From the NCBI RefSeq assembly GCF_018977255.1, contig NW_024704837.1, positions 62,001-126,000 on the forward strand: a DNA stretch of 64,000 nt, given 5' to 3'. Both the position numbers and the translations under genes were made by a program. Of this stretch, positions 25,456-38,329 are shown in pieces (the first letter of the stretch is position 1; every line of letters starts with the position of its first letter). This stretch comes from Callorhinchus milii. Its lineage: Eukaryota. The notes beneath the pieces are model-generated. The model was not told where the DNA came from and made no database searches. It saw only the letters and a list, made by a program, of their open reading frames with translations.

Positions 25456-26142
25456 TGCGGGAAACGTCCAGGGTGCAGGAAGCAACCGTGACAGCTGTGC
25501 ACATGTACAGTTACACCAGCTATCAGACCTCATTATTAGGCAGGTTGGGATTTTATGGATTTCAACTGCCACCTTATAATGAGGTTCCATTCTGTCAAAT
25601 AAGTCAGTGAATTTTAGTAAGTTCATATATAAATTTATCATATATAAATTTATATCCTAATTGCCTGGCGCTGTACTAAAATAGCCAACATGAAATTTTA
25701 AGGAATAATTATTTGATGTAATTGTATTCATTGTGTTAATGTAGGAACATGCACAATGTTTTGATCAAAAATTAATCATACAACTGGTATCAGACCAGTA
25801 GGAAGTATTTTGGACATCCTACAAGTGTTAACTTATTGTTAATAATTTTATTGGTATCAAAACAATTGTATTATTATCTATCACTATACATGATCACTAT
25901 ACATGATTTGTACCTAGGAACAGAAGAAACCATCAGCCCATCAAGAACTGTTTTACAACTTTATAGATCTTTGCATCTTGGGTTTTATTTAAAATTGTTT
26001 GAATGATTTTTCTGCAAGGAAACATTGTGACTGCCTGACAATCATGGAAAACTCATCTGACGCCAAACATAACAGTAGTTTCTCACTATACTTAACAGTC
26101 CTCACTATGAAACTAATGTCAAGAGCGTGTGAGAATGTCTTA

Positions 26143-26343
<201 letters not shown>

Positions 26344-28594
26344 TCACGTCATTCGAATTCACTGTATTGTTCTAGTACTAGGGTCATTATCGATAGAGTT
26401 GAGACACTGGATGGGTTAATTTACTGAAATACATGTGAATGTAATGGATCATATGATATGGAATGGACCGCCTTTCTGCTCCCATTATCTGGAATGCTAT
26501 CCTGGAGTCCCTCCGACTCACTCTCTCAAGGTCAAGGTCCATGTCAAAACCTACCACTTTGACCACGCTTTACCCAGCCTCCCATTTTGTTGGCAAAATG
26601 TACAGTCAATGATCTTAAGGCTAAGAACATGACAAATGTCAGGCCTTCATGAAGACATGAAGTGGAGCATTTAGGGGTGAATGAGTTAATATGGAAATGA
26701 AAGTAATAAGCAATCTCAGCCATCTGCTGGAATTGGGTGGAATTGTTGCTTATCCAAATTAGATGCACATAGGATGAGATAAGACAGCTCTCAAAATGAG
26801 CCTTAAACCTAATATTTCAAAAGTAGAAGTACAGTTATTTATAAAATTGCAGTACAGAATCTGGAATTAGATATTACATATCCAGTGCTGCCCTCGGGTG
26901 AGGGTCTTAAGCAAAAAAAGTTCAAAAAAATTGGTATCAAGTTCAAAGGAGCTTACCTATTGACACATTGGTTTTCATTTTATTTAACTTGTTATAAATG
27001 ATTAGCTTTNAAAAAAACTTAAATAGATGAATGGATGAAATATTCCCCAGCCTGCAAAATAAGATTATGGAGGTCTTAACAGTACTATACCATTATCACT
27101 GCTCTGTGTCTGCCAACAAAAGGCAGTTTGATGTACACAGGCATTGTTCGAATATGCTCAAGGCAAAGCAATGTAACTTACAAGAGTTTCACCCATTACT
27201 ATGGGAGGTGCTTTTGCTGGTGGTGACTCAGACAAAGCTCTTTTCTTTAAGATGGCAACGACTAAAAATTTTACTGTTCAGTTTGCTTTAAAAGCCTCAG
27301 TTCACAAGATCACTCAGTCGATCAACCTTGGTCCTTCCAACAAATGATCTCGACGCCATGGGTGATAATGATAATAATAATCCTCACATTTGATATAGTG
27401 CTAGATCACATCGTTGCAAAGTGGATTGTATATTTTCTGGATGAATCACGGCAGTCAATTGCACACAGCAACGTCCCATGAACTGTCATGGATTGTGTGA
27501 CCAAATTTGTGATGCCCCTCAGTTTAGCAAGGCCAAGACAGCTGTGGCTAAACAAGGTCAAAACTAACCTCTAAACTAAAATAAAAATATGAAAAGACAT
27601 ATTGAAATAAAGTTGCAAGTACAGGGATTCATTCAAAAAAGTTGGGAATAACTAAAGCAAGTACTAGAAGAAATATTATAAATTATGGTCATCTTTTCCC
27701 GCCCCATCCTGTTTGGTTCACACCAACCAGCATGAGTGCCTCGCCAGCTCTTTGAGACGTCCACCCGATACGAAAGGTGCCATGTAAATGTAAAGTGTGT
27801 TGCATTGTAATAAAGTAATCTTCGCATTTATATTCGACCGATTTATCCACTGAATTCTTCACATTACTCTCTCCAAATGAAAAATGTGGACAAGTTTCAG
27901 ATCGTCACTTCAGGAACGTATCACACACTCAAAGAGAACAGAAAACTATGCGAAGAATTGAGAAGGTGCTGCTCCAATTGTCAATAAATGCAGCAACTCA
28001 TTGTCAAGTCCACGTCTGCTTTGCCATTAATCATTACATTTACTGGCCTTTCTCCCAGGTTTTCCCAAAGTCTCTCTGTCTCACCCACACACATTTCACG
28101 TCTCTCTTAACCTCTCTTTTTGCATGCATGTCTCTGTTATTTTGTAGTGTAACTGTATTAGATTTCTCACTAACTATCAATGCTGGTAAAAGTGCACTTC
28201 TCCCCCTGCTGGCTGAAAGTGTGCATGCGCATACTATATGCATTCAATCACAGGTTCTTGCTGAACTGACCTTTACTTTCTAAACTCAGTGTGTTACAGT
28301 TAAGTGGAAACATGGTTGTCCGGCATGCAAATGTGGGCCGCTGCTTCAAGTGGGTCCATTCGGAAAGATGGAACCGGGAAAGAATCTGTAGGAGTTATTG
28401 ATTGTGCGGTAAAAGTCTCGAGTGAACCTGTTATCAACCAAAGTAAATGGAGCAATAAAGGATGCATCTTGAGAACATCTTCAGAGTATTCCATAGTTAA
28501 ATTCTCACCATAAAGATCACATGGTTGGACCTGATATCCTTGAAATAACATTACTGTGTTGGGGAGAGTTCGACAGGATTTAAGGTTTGAATTT

Positions 28595-28900
28595 AATAAT
28601 TATAATAATCCTTGTATTTGATATAGCGCCTCATCACATCTTCGAGTCATCTCAAAGCGTTTCACAGAATATATTGTAAAGTGAATTGACTGTATATTTT
28701 GTTGGAGAAAAACGGCAGCCATTTGTACACAACAGTGTTCCACAAACAATCGTGGATTGAGTGACCAAATATATATTTTTTGAAAGTATTATTACCCCCG
28801 GAAAGTGATCTACCAATCGACTAACAGCCTGGTTCCTATTTACTGCTAGGTAAACAGCGGCATGTGGAGTAAGAAACTTGCCTAAGATTTCTCCCTAGCC
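28595..28900 (-). mobile_element. SINE (long subfamily, 5'-truncated)
   Basis: Reverse complement of the SINE body and tail. Confidence 0.88.
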
Positions 28901-29198
28901 AAGGTTTATAAAAAGAAACCAAAGAACTGAACTTATTTGCAATGAAAGATGGACAAGATGCCGCACCTGTGCAAGTTATATGTTCCTTGTAGTATGAGCA
29001 CAGAACTCAATGAGCTTTGGTTAAAACCTACCAATGACCAACAATCTATCACCAAACATTTTACTTTTATTTTTAGATAATTATACACCAATTTCAAGAT
29101 GCTCACGCTCACGTACAAATTACTTCATGCCCTGACCTCTCTGACATGCTCACATCCCACTCCTCTACCCGCCTCCTTCGCTCAGCTGGCTACTGCCT

Positions 29199-29878
29199 CA
29201 ACAACATCAACAAGATTCCATTTATAGAGCGCCTTTCACGTCAGGAGGACGACCCAAGGCGCTGTACAGTTGGGTCAGGACCCGAGCAGGGGGGAAATGG
29301 TCAGGGTGAGGGGAGGGAAGGGAGGGAGCGAGGAGGGGGTAGAGAGTCAAGAGGGGAGCCGAAGGCTTGGTCATGAGACCGGCCTTGAAGGAGTAAAGGG
29401 AGGAGGCAAGGCGAAGGCACTGGAGGATAGAGTTCCAAAGGCTGGGAGGCTGAAGGCCCGGCCACCGATGGTAGGGCGGTTGGGGCGGGGGATGTGGAGC
29501 AGACCGGAGCCAGAGGAACGGAGGGTACGAGCAGGTAGGTAGGGGGATAGTAGGTCAGACAGGTAGGAGGGAGCAAGGCCGTGAATGGCCTTGTAGGTGA
29601 GGATGAGGATCTTGAAATCGATCCTCTGGGGGATGGGGAGCCAGTGGAGGTGAGCGAGGATGGGAGGGATGTGGTCCCGAAGCCTGGTGCGGGACAGTAC
29701 ACGAGCTGCAGAGTTCTGAATGACCTGCAGCTTGTGGAGGAAGGTGGCGGGAAGGCCGGCGAGGAGAGAATTCCCATAGTCCAGCCTTGAGGTGATAAAG
29801 GCGTGGACCAGAGTTTCAGCAGCGTGAGGGGTGAGGTAGTGCCGTAGTCTGGCGATATTCCGGAGGTGATCCTCCTGC
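29199..29878 (-). mobile_element. L2 LINE 3' fragment (young)
   Basis: [40 protein letters not shown]...[15 protein letters not shown], (CAA)n tail. Confidence 0.97.
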
Positions 29879-30014
29879 ACATCCCTCATCTCCTCTGCTG
29901 CACCATCGACGGCCCATTACATTAATCCACTATATTTACAGGTTGATTTAATTTCTTGAGATTAACTAACTTCCCAAGTTACATTACATTAATTGCAATA
30001 AACCAATTGTGTAC

Positions 30015-30134
30015 CTGCACTGGTGGATCCAATTCCAGCCGTCAATACTGAGCGAGGGACGATTTTTACAGCATATTTAAGAAATTGAGACTTCCCAGTG
30101 CCAGGATCTCCTACCAGTAATAGATGGGGTTCTC
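30015..30134 (-). CDS. MCM9: MCM9 coding exon 6 (Walker A)
   Basis: [40 protein letters not shown]. ctgcag acceptor, GT donor, 120 nt. Confidence 0.97.
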
Positions 30135-31237
30135 CTGCAGAACAAAGTAATACATTACTGCTACAGAAGACACACCAGTACTGTACCATCAAGGATGAAA
30201 CTATTGGGACAAGCATAAATTCAAGTCACAACATAATACTCAAGTAAATCTTGAGCAAAAATATCTAGATATGTCAGAATACAAATTGTCAAAATGGTTC
30301 AGTTTAAGAAAGATCTTATTTTAAAAAAATATTGATAGGTCTCAAAACGTGTTGCAGGTAATTACAGGGCAATCTCAGCATAAAATCCCCACCCTCAACT
30401 CTACTTCCCCACGCCCACCATCACATTGTTAAAAGCTCTGGTGTTCTGTAGATCTGTGCTAACCAAAAGTTTGTTGTATCCGATTTCAGCACTGACTAGC
30501 TATCATCCTGCACTAAAAAATTGCTAATTTCTGCATTGCCAGGTCACTAGTGATGTCACATCCTGTGTGTTGAGAGGGTGAACATGATATGCAGGAAACA
30601 TTGCTGTGGTCACTTCCTATGGCTAGGAAGTGCTGATAACATCAGTGGCTGAAAAAGTGAAGCAATCAATGTGACAACTCGAAAATTGGCAATTTTTTCA
30701 TATTTGACACAGCCTCTGAAATATCATATCTAGATGCTATAGCTGAGTTATCTAGTACTGTAAAAGGTTTTATTCCCATTAATTTAAGGAATGCTGTATG
30801 AGATGTTCCTTGTATTATTATTCATAAGAACATAAGAATTTGCTGGTGAAAGAAGATCAAGATCCATATAGTTTGCCTTCCACCATCCTGGCAAGCACTT
30901 CACATGTCATGTCCCAAACTACATATATTCCTCAGGACTTAAGACCTCATAGTTTTGCCTGTCACTCCAATTCAATGCTTGGTGAGCACCGCATTACTGG
31001 AGGTGTCATCCTACAGATAAGAAACTGAGGTTCCATCCGCCTGTTAAAAGCACTATTTGAAAAAAAAGGGTTTCTCCCACTGTTCTGACCAACAATCCCC
31101 CAGATGAAATGTGTCATACATTTTACATTTGTTTGTGTGATACCTCCAAATATACAGTCACCCCAGTTACAATAAATCCTATGAAGCATTTTGAGATGTT
31201 TTGATGATATAAAAAGACAATATATTAAATTCTATAA

Positions 31238-31626
31238 TTACAACAACAACAACTTGGATTTATATAGTGCCCTCCATGCCGGACGGCGTCTCAGAGCGCT
31301 TCACAGTAACGAATCCTGGGGCCGAGCCAGGGGAAGGCGGAGGAAGGTGACCAAAGGCGCGGTCGAAAAGGTCTTCAGCAGAGACCTGAAATAGGAAGAG
31401 AGGGGGCGAGGCGAAGGGAGTGAGGAAGGGAGTTCCAGAGCCTCGGGGCATAGTGGCTGAAGGGACGGCTGCCAAGGGTGAAGTGGAGGACTTGGGAGAC
31501 AAGGAGGAAGCCAGACCTGGAGGAACGCAAGCAACGGGTACTGTTTTGAGGAGAAAGGAGGTCAGAGAGGTAGGGGGGTGCAGGGGAATGGAGGGAGTTG
31601 AAGACAAGGGTGAGGATCTTGGTTTT
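31238..31626 (-). mobile_element. L2 LINE 3' fragment (different subfamily)
   Basis: KILTLVFNSLHSPAPPYLSDLL...APRLWNSLP, (CAA)n tail. Confidence 0.9.
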
Positions 31627-31681
31627 AATTATTATTAAAATAATTATATATAACATAACATTAGATTACTATACTACTTAC

Positions 31682-31808
31682 CTCTAACTTTAGTTCCTGA
31701 CTGCATCAATTTTCTGCACTCCTCCAGCTAACACCATAGCCACAGCCAGCTTCACTAGATACATGCCAAATACTTGAGGACAGATGCTGGCCAAAATTTC
31801 ATTTCTCC
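31682..31808 (-). CDS. MCM9: MCM9 coding exon 5 (carries an apparent 1-bp insertion)
   Basis: [35 protein letters not shown], then a frame jump to SGTKVRG. AG acceptor and GTAAGT donor. 127 nt where the flanking phases require 126. Confidence 0.93.
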
Positions 31809-32157
31809 CTTAAAAAATAAGAACATTAAAGATTTTTTGTGAGACAAGAAGCAGCACGTTATTAACTGACTATGAAGTTTAATAGATACATATGTAATTC
31901 ACCAACAGTCGAACACAGTTAAAATGAGGTACATGAAGTCCCTAAAACTCCAATAAGCCTTATAAAGGGGACTGATTGCTTGGCAGCACTTCTGCACATT
32001 ATGTCACCAATCACACAACCATCAACTTGATGACCCAGACACTTTTTTCCCATCTCGTGACTTTTTTTTAAGCATGCAAGAAGCCAGGATCCACATTATA
32101 AGTGAACGCAAATTATAATGGAGCTCTATTGTACAAAGCATGCTCTAATGATGCTTT

Positions 32158-32476
32158 GGAGTCCTGTAGCTCAGTGGTTAGAGCACTCGCTTTGCAAGTG
32201 AGAGACCTGAGTTCAATTCCAGGCAGGGCGAAACCTTGGGTAAGTTTCCTTACTCCACACGCCTAATAATAATCCCTCCAAAACCAAAAACAATAATAAA
32301 TTGGTCATTTTCAATCTACGACTGTTTTATGGGACATTGCTGTGCGCAATTGGCTGCCGCGTTCGCCCACAAATATACAGTCAATTCACTTTACAGTGTG
32401 TTCTGTGAAGCGCTTTGGGACGTCCTCCCAACGTGTAAAGCGCTATATCAAATGCAAAGATTATTATTATATTATT
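32158..32476 (+). mobile_element. tRNA-derived SINE (short, young subfamily)
   Basis: Full-length, near-identical to 19697 and 41703. Confidence 0.95.
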
Positions 32477-32704
32477 GGTTGTACACTACCATAGCTCAGA
32501 CTAAACATGACTCTTTACATAGTCAATATGCAAAATACTATATGAAGGCATGTTGTCTGGAGTGTATTTACTAGTATGATTCCACAGCACAGCCAAAAGC
32601 AACAACATGGATGATTGGAAATCAAAATTAAATTAAAATTAAAGGCTCGGACGGCTTAACATTTCAGATTTGACCGGTTAGCAGTTTTGATGAAATCACA
32701 CCCA

Positions 32705-33500
32705 CAACAACAACAACAAGATTCCATTTATAGAGCGCCTTTCACGTCTAGAGGACGTCCCAAGGCGCTGTACAGTTGGGTCAGGACCCGAGCAGGGGGG
32801 AAATGGTCAGGGTGAGGGGAGGGAAGGGAAGGGAGGGAGCGAGGAGGGGGTAGAGAGTCGAGAGGGGAGCTGAAGACACGGTCAAAGAGAAAGGTCTTGA
32901 GACCAGCCTTGAAGGAGGAAAGGGAGGAAGCAAGGCGAAGGCACTGGGGAATAGAGTTCCAGAGCCTAGGGGCTGAGAGGCTGAAGTCCCGGCCACCAAT
33001 GGTAGGGCGGTTGGGGCGGGGGATGTGGAGCAGACCTGAACCAGAGAAACGGAGGGTACGGGCAGGTAAGTAGGGGGATAGTAGGTCGGAAAGGTAGGAG
33101 GGAGCAAGGCCGTGAATGGCCTTGTAGGTGAGGATCTTGAATTCGATCCTCTGGGGGATGGGGAGCCAGTGGAGGCGAGCGAGGGTGGGAGTGATGTGGT
33201 CCCGAAGCCTGGTGCGGGACAGCACACGAGCTGCAGAGTTCTGAATGACCTGCAGCTTGTGGAGGGAGGTGCCGGGAAGGCCGGCGAGGAGAGAGTTCCC
33301 ATAGTCCAGCCTTGAGGTGATAATGGCGTGGACCAGAGTTTCAGCCGCGTGAGGGGTGAGGTAGTGCCGTAGTCTGGCGATATTCCGGAGGTGATGGAAG
33401 GCGGTGCCAGTTATGGAGCGGATATGAGGGAGAAAGGACAGCTCAGGGTCGAACAGAACACCAAGGTTCCTGACTGGCTTTGAGAGGTGGAGAGTGCAAC
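32705..33500 (-). mobile_element. L2 LINE 3' fragment (young, same subfamily as 29199)
   Basis: Highly similar to 29199-29878. Confidence 0.97.
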
Positions 33501-33951
33501 AGGCTAACCCAAAATGTTAGCATAACCATAGCTTCCAATAATCTGACTGACTGTTTACTATTTTCATTGCCAACAGAATTCCACAGTTCAGATACAAAGT
33601 GCTGGCCTTCTAAGCATCGGAATGAAAATAATTTTTAAAGCTCTCAAATGGTTTTGGCTTCTCTAATTCAGTGAGTATTTCCTGTTGCAATTATTGATCT
33701 TATGACATTTTTCTAAGATTTATGTCACAATTATTTTTTCTTTAAAACATTGACTACTTTGTACATTTGTACCTTTAACAGAAAGTTCTGCTGTGATAAG
33801 CATCCATTTTCCTTTAGCAAAACTGAGTTAATCATATAATTGCTGACAAAAAATCTATTTAAAACAACATCTGTAATGCATGTAAATTGAAATTGTACCA
33901 CTGCAGAATGAAAAGTTAGAAGGTTTACAGAGCAGGAACGTATTTCCACAC

Positions 33952-34152
33952 CTGCTAAAGTATCATCTCTGTGCTTTGCCCAGAAATCTTCAAATTCCCT
34001 GCAGACATCTTCATCTATAATGACTCCAGTTGGCTGTTCATTATTGACCACTAGGTAATTGGCCTTCAGGACAAGTTCTAGGTCACAACGGACATCAGGA
34101 GAGAGAGGTTTCCATCTCTGCATCACCACACCATATACAGTAACATCATCGC
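33952..34152 (-). CDS. MCM9: MCM9 coding exon 4
   Basis: [32 protein letters not shown]...[20 protein letters not shown] boundaries, 201 nt, phase 1 to 1. Confidence 0.95.
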
Positions 34153-34707
34153 CTGTTGTAAAACAAAGCCCTCAGATATTATTTTCAAGCATTTGGCTTC
34201 TGGTCATTAACCTGGGAACAATAAGAAACTTTGCACACAAACCTATTCAGGTATTCATAGTTCACAGGCCACAGTAAAATAGTGGGGAATAAAGCACAGC
34301 ACAATGGACCAAATTGTCTTATTCTGTGCTGTAAACTCTTTCAGATTCGGCAAAAAGATTTCTGTACTGCATTAAAGCTATCAACTGCAAGGCCTGAAAT
34401 GTGTGATACTAATATGGTGTGCACTTTAGTCTATGTTAAACCTGCAAATTTTTTTCTTGACAAGTGAATTTAATAATCTAAATTTGGGTCTCAGCAATTA
34501 TATATCTCACAGTGCTTCATATAATTGCTGTAGTGTCACAAGGTTTCCACTTAAATATTAAGTACTTACCTTTAAGTATGGGTCTTCCTTTTAGATTGTT
34601 TGTGTTACATTCCCTAGCATTTTTGACATTAACAACATGAAATGTAACATTCTTAGAAACAGGGAAATTCAATATTAGCAAAAAAAGCAAAATATATTTA
34701 TTAATTT

Positions 34708-35738
34708 TGTTGGAATATAACAATATAAGGAATTTATAATGGAATATTATTCAGGATTATGTTATGCGAATATGTATAAAATATGTGATTTTATGTTAAA
34801 TGTTGACAGTCATGGGATTGGACACGTCTGGTTTTCTCTGTTTCTCAAGGAATAACAAGATAGCTTTGGAAAAAGGCAGGAGGTCACTACTTATCAGAAG
34901 ATAACAACAAGCCCACAGAGGTAACGGTCCAAGGTACTGGTCGACACAGAATCTCAGCTTAGCAATAAGTCTCTAGATTCTGACAGGGCAAAACAACCGA
35001 AGGCAACCCTCAAGAATAGCGAACTAACGAACAAGTTATTTAAACTAAAGGACTTTGGTACCATCCCGGGACACTGATAAGAAATAAGCATTCACTTAAA
35101 AGAAATGTTCTACATAACAAAATAACGATCCCACAAAACAAAGTAATGAGCACCAGATACAGCCCTAAATCGATCAATTATTTTGGCTTAGACAGGACAA
35201 AGGGAAGACCTCGTGGAGACTCAAGTCAGGATGGCACCAAGCCAAATGATTGACTAACCTGAGTTGTGACAGTATCAGAAATGGGTAGAGCGGAAAAGAA
35301 CACTTGGAAAAAGGCTATAACTAGCCCACCTCTAGGTGAGAACAGGTAGAAGAGCAGGACGACTCAAGAGGGAGATAGTCAGCCCGGGAGCAGAGATCAG
35401 AGGGTCACCATAAGTTTGTGAATATATCACTAAGCTGCTCAGGCTCAAGAGAGGAAAGAGGAAGAACTGCTACAGCTGACTCCTTTAAACTGGTAGCATG
35501 AGTATTTCTTAACTGTATGTAACCAATGTGTTTTTAATATAATATAATCAAGTATAATCATTCTACTTTGATATAATCATTGCATTCTAGTATTGCTTAT
35601 TGGATCATTTACTTTTCTTTGTATTGTATGATTGATATTACCTGTTGGGTATTGAAATAAAACATTCAAAGGTGTGTCACGCCATATTTGGTATTTGTCG
35701 AGTCTTCTGATCGAACCCGGGATTCATTTTTCCCAACA
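34708..35738 (+). mobile_element. Solo LTR (1031 bp)
   Basis: Termini TGTTGG...CCAACA, 4-bp TSD ATTT (34704-34707 and 35739-35742), TATAA at 35316, AATAAA at 35656. Confidence 0.88.
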
Positions 35739-35988
35739 ATTTACACTCCAATGACTGATAATATATTGGGAGAAATTCCCCAAGTCTTGATTTACAGTAT
35801 TTATGTAGCCTCTCAGAGTATCCAAAATTTAAAGATAAAAAATCCTGTGCATACTTTAGTCACGTTCTATAACACTATCTCTGGGAGATGTGTCTAAGGG
35901 GGCGATAGCAGAAAGTGATGTGGATTGTTTGTTAAAGTTATCTCGGGGCATGTTATAGATGTAAATGTAATAAGTTTTCATAAGTTAC

Positions 35989-36070
35989 CAGACTTGCAGG
36001 TGTCCACAAGGTCATCTTCCAGTACAACTAATAAAGATCGAGGTATGCTTCCCACTGTCAGCCTTTGAAC
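35989..36070 (-). CDS. MCM9: MCM9 coding exon 3
   Basis: Not in the ORF track. Manual translation gives [28 protein letters not shown]. ctctag acceptor, GTAACT donor, 82 nt. Confidence 0.95.
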
Positions 36071-37681
36071 CTAGAGATTGAAACAGGAATAGTGCGTAAG
36101 CAATATTGCACATGGCCATTCTGTACAACAGCAAGAAAACAGTATGTTGTCTTTCTAAGCTCTGAGATGCTACTCTTGTGAAGGGCACTATGTAAATGCA
36201 AGTTCTTGTTGTTATATATAAATGCAAGTTCTCATTGTCCCTACCGTTGTTAAACATGGCAAGCATTTGGGAGGCTGGTTAGCACAATGAGTTGGAACTC
36301 TTTCCTCTCTAATACTTATCTAGACTGATTGGATGAAACAAAATTCTCCCCTTCCCCAACCCATCAATGTTTCAAAGATCATAGAATCATAAAACCATAG
36401 AAATTTACAGTACCCAAGGAAGCTATCTGGCCCATCAAGTCTGCACAGACCTCTCAGAGCAACATGTTCAGTCAATCCCACTGCCCTGCCTTATACGCAT
36501 ACTCCTTCAGCCTCCATTCTTCCACAATGAATGCTGCCTCTATCATCTTACTTGACAGGGCATTCCACATCTCTCAGAGTAAAAAAGTTTTGCCTAGGCA
36601 TAAGCAAACACATTAGAGCACGCTAAACCCAGTTGCTAGTGAACTGAAATCTAACAGAACCAGTGAAGTTAGGAGCGAAGGCACACTTTCAAGACACTGC
36701 AGAGGGAGCTTTGCCCATAGTATACTCATAATACAAAAGTGCTTTGATGCCGATATTGAAAAAAATGTTGCATTATCCTGGGAACCAGAATATCTGGTGT
36801 GAAGTAAAATCTGGGTGTAAAAGATAACTTATTGTGAAGGGAAAGGAAGAAATTGTGCTCTTTATGAATAAAAAGCATATATATCCCTCCCCTGGTCATT
36901 CTATGACTGGCAGGCAATCTACTCTCGAAGTACTCACAGCACAGCTAGTATGGGCTGCCAGAGAGATGCAAGAGCCAGCAAGCTAATTCACCTCTGTAGA
37001 GAAACACCAGTTTTGCTCAGCACCTCCTCCTGAACATCTGGCTTAGAACTAGATATGGGGAACAGCTGTAAAGCCACACCCTATCATTCCATGGCACAAT
37101 GCATTGAAGTACCTCTCAGCAGCCTCACTGTCATCGCTTTGTAACTCTGCTGAAACTCTTTAATACTTTAGATCTCTTTTGGTTCCTTGTTTAAAATGAG
37201 ATTTCACTTTACGTCTTAATTCTAATCCAGAAATATTTGCTTCAAACTAAATGTAGAACCAGATTTGCTTTTAAAACTTCATCCTTGTATTTCCAATTGA
37301 GACCTTATCTCTCTAATAGCTCAATGTGTGGGTCGCAGAACAAAGCAGACCAAGAAAGCTTTCTGTCCACATTTATGTTAAGTGAACCAGAGTATAGTTC
37401 AAGCACTTTGAGAGGACCTCCTGATATGAAAGGTGCTATACAAATGTAAATTGTATTGTAATTACATTGTATAATTGGCCGCAGATTAGGGAAGAAAAGA
37501 CATCTTGAATTCACCCCAGGAAGCAGGTAATGCCTTCAGAAGAGGAAGACATGAGAAGGTCAGTGAGAAACATTTACTGCACTTAAGTAAATATTTAGAA
37601 TATTCAAATTTTGTTTTGGTTAATATTCAGGAGACATACAGTACGATAAAACTAAAACGCAATATCTTTATAATCAATCAC

Positions 37682-37998
37682 CTGTTCCTGAATTTTTATT
37701 TCTTGGTAATCTTTACATCTTGAAGGGGCTGACGAAGATCCCGACAGACATGTGAATTTGGTCGAGTTGCAGTCGTCTTCATTGGGACAGGATGTAGGAC
37801 GGCAGAAAGTATAAAACTGTTCAAAGTCTGCATATACCGGGAAGACGTGTCGGCACTTGTTGCACATGTATTCATGCTCAAATTCGAGTACCTTCACCAT
37901 CCCAGTGCGTATAACCGTCCCCATGACTGAAAGGAAATGACCCACATCTCTCGTTTTCGGAATATGATCCCTTGTCAGTTCAGGACAAATCGGTAAAC
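37682..37998 (-). CDS. MCM9: MCM9 coding exon 2 (OB fold / zinc finger)
   Basis: [31 protein letters not shown]...CNKC...CPNEDDC...[12 protein letters not shown]. Canonical AG/GT, 317 nt, phase 1 to 0. Confidence 0.96.
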
Positions 37999-38329
37999 CT
38001 GAAGTATGAAGAGAAACAATTCAGGCTATTTCAATGATCTCTTGAATACCATTACCACCGAGAGGTAACAATAGCATTGAAATCAGTGCCGGGTGGACTG
38101 ATGTTGTGATTGAAAACATTGTTGGAGGTGTTAGTGGGAGGGGAAAAGAGAGCATCTGTCTTTGGCACATTTCAGTAAGTCATGTTCCATACTTTCTAAA
38201 TACAGACTGCAAGATAAACCCCAATGAATATTGTGCAGTGAAACAAAAATGCAGTATTTGTTTTTAAAAGCATTCATAAAACAAAGCAAAGGGATTTCTA
38301 AGTATGGAAAATATTTGCCGTCATATTTA

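Noticed and set aside
29301-29889. Overlapping 172-193 aa ORFs (similar at 32728-33302, 43381-43944)
   Set aside because: Fragments and alternative frames of 5'-truncated L2 ORF2, not host genes.
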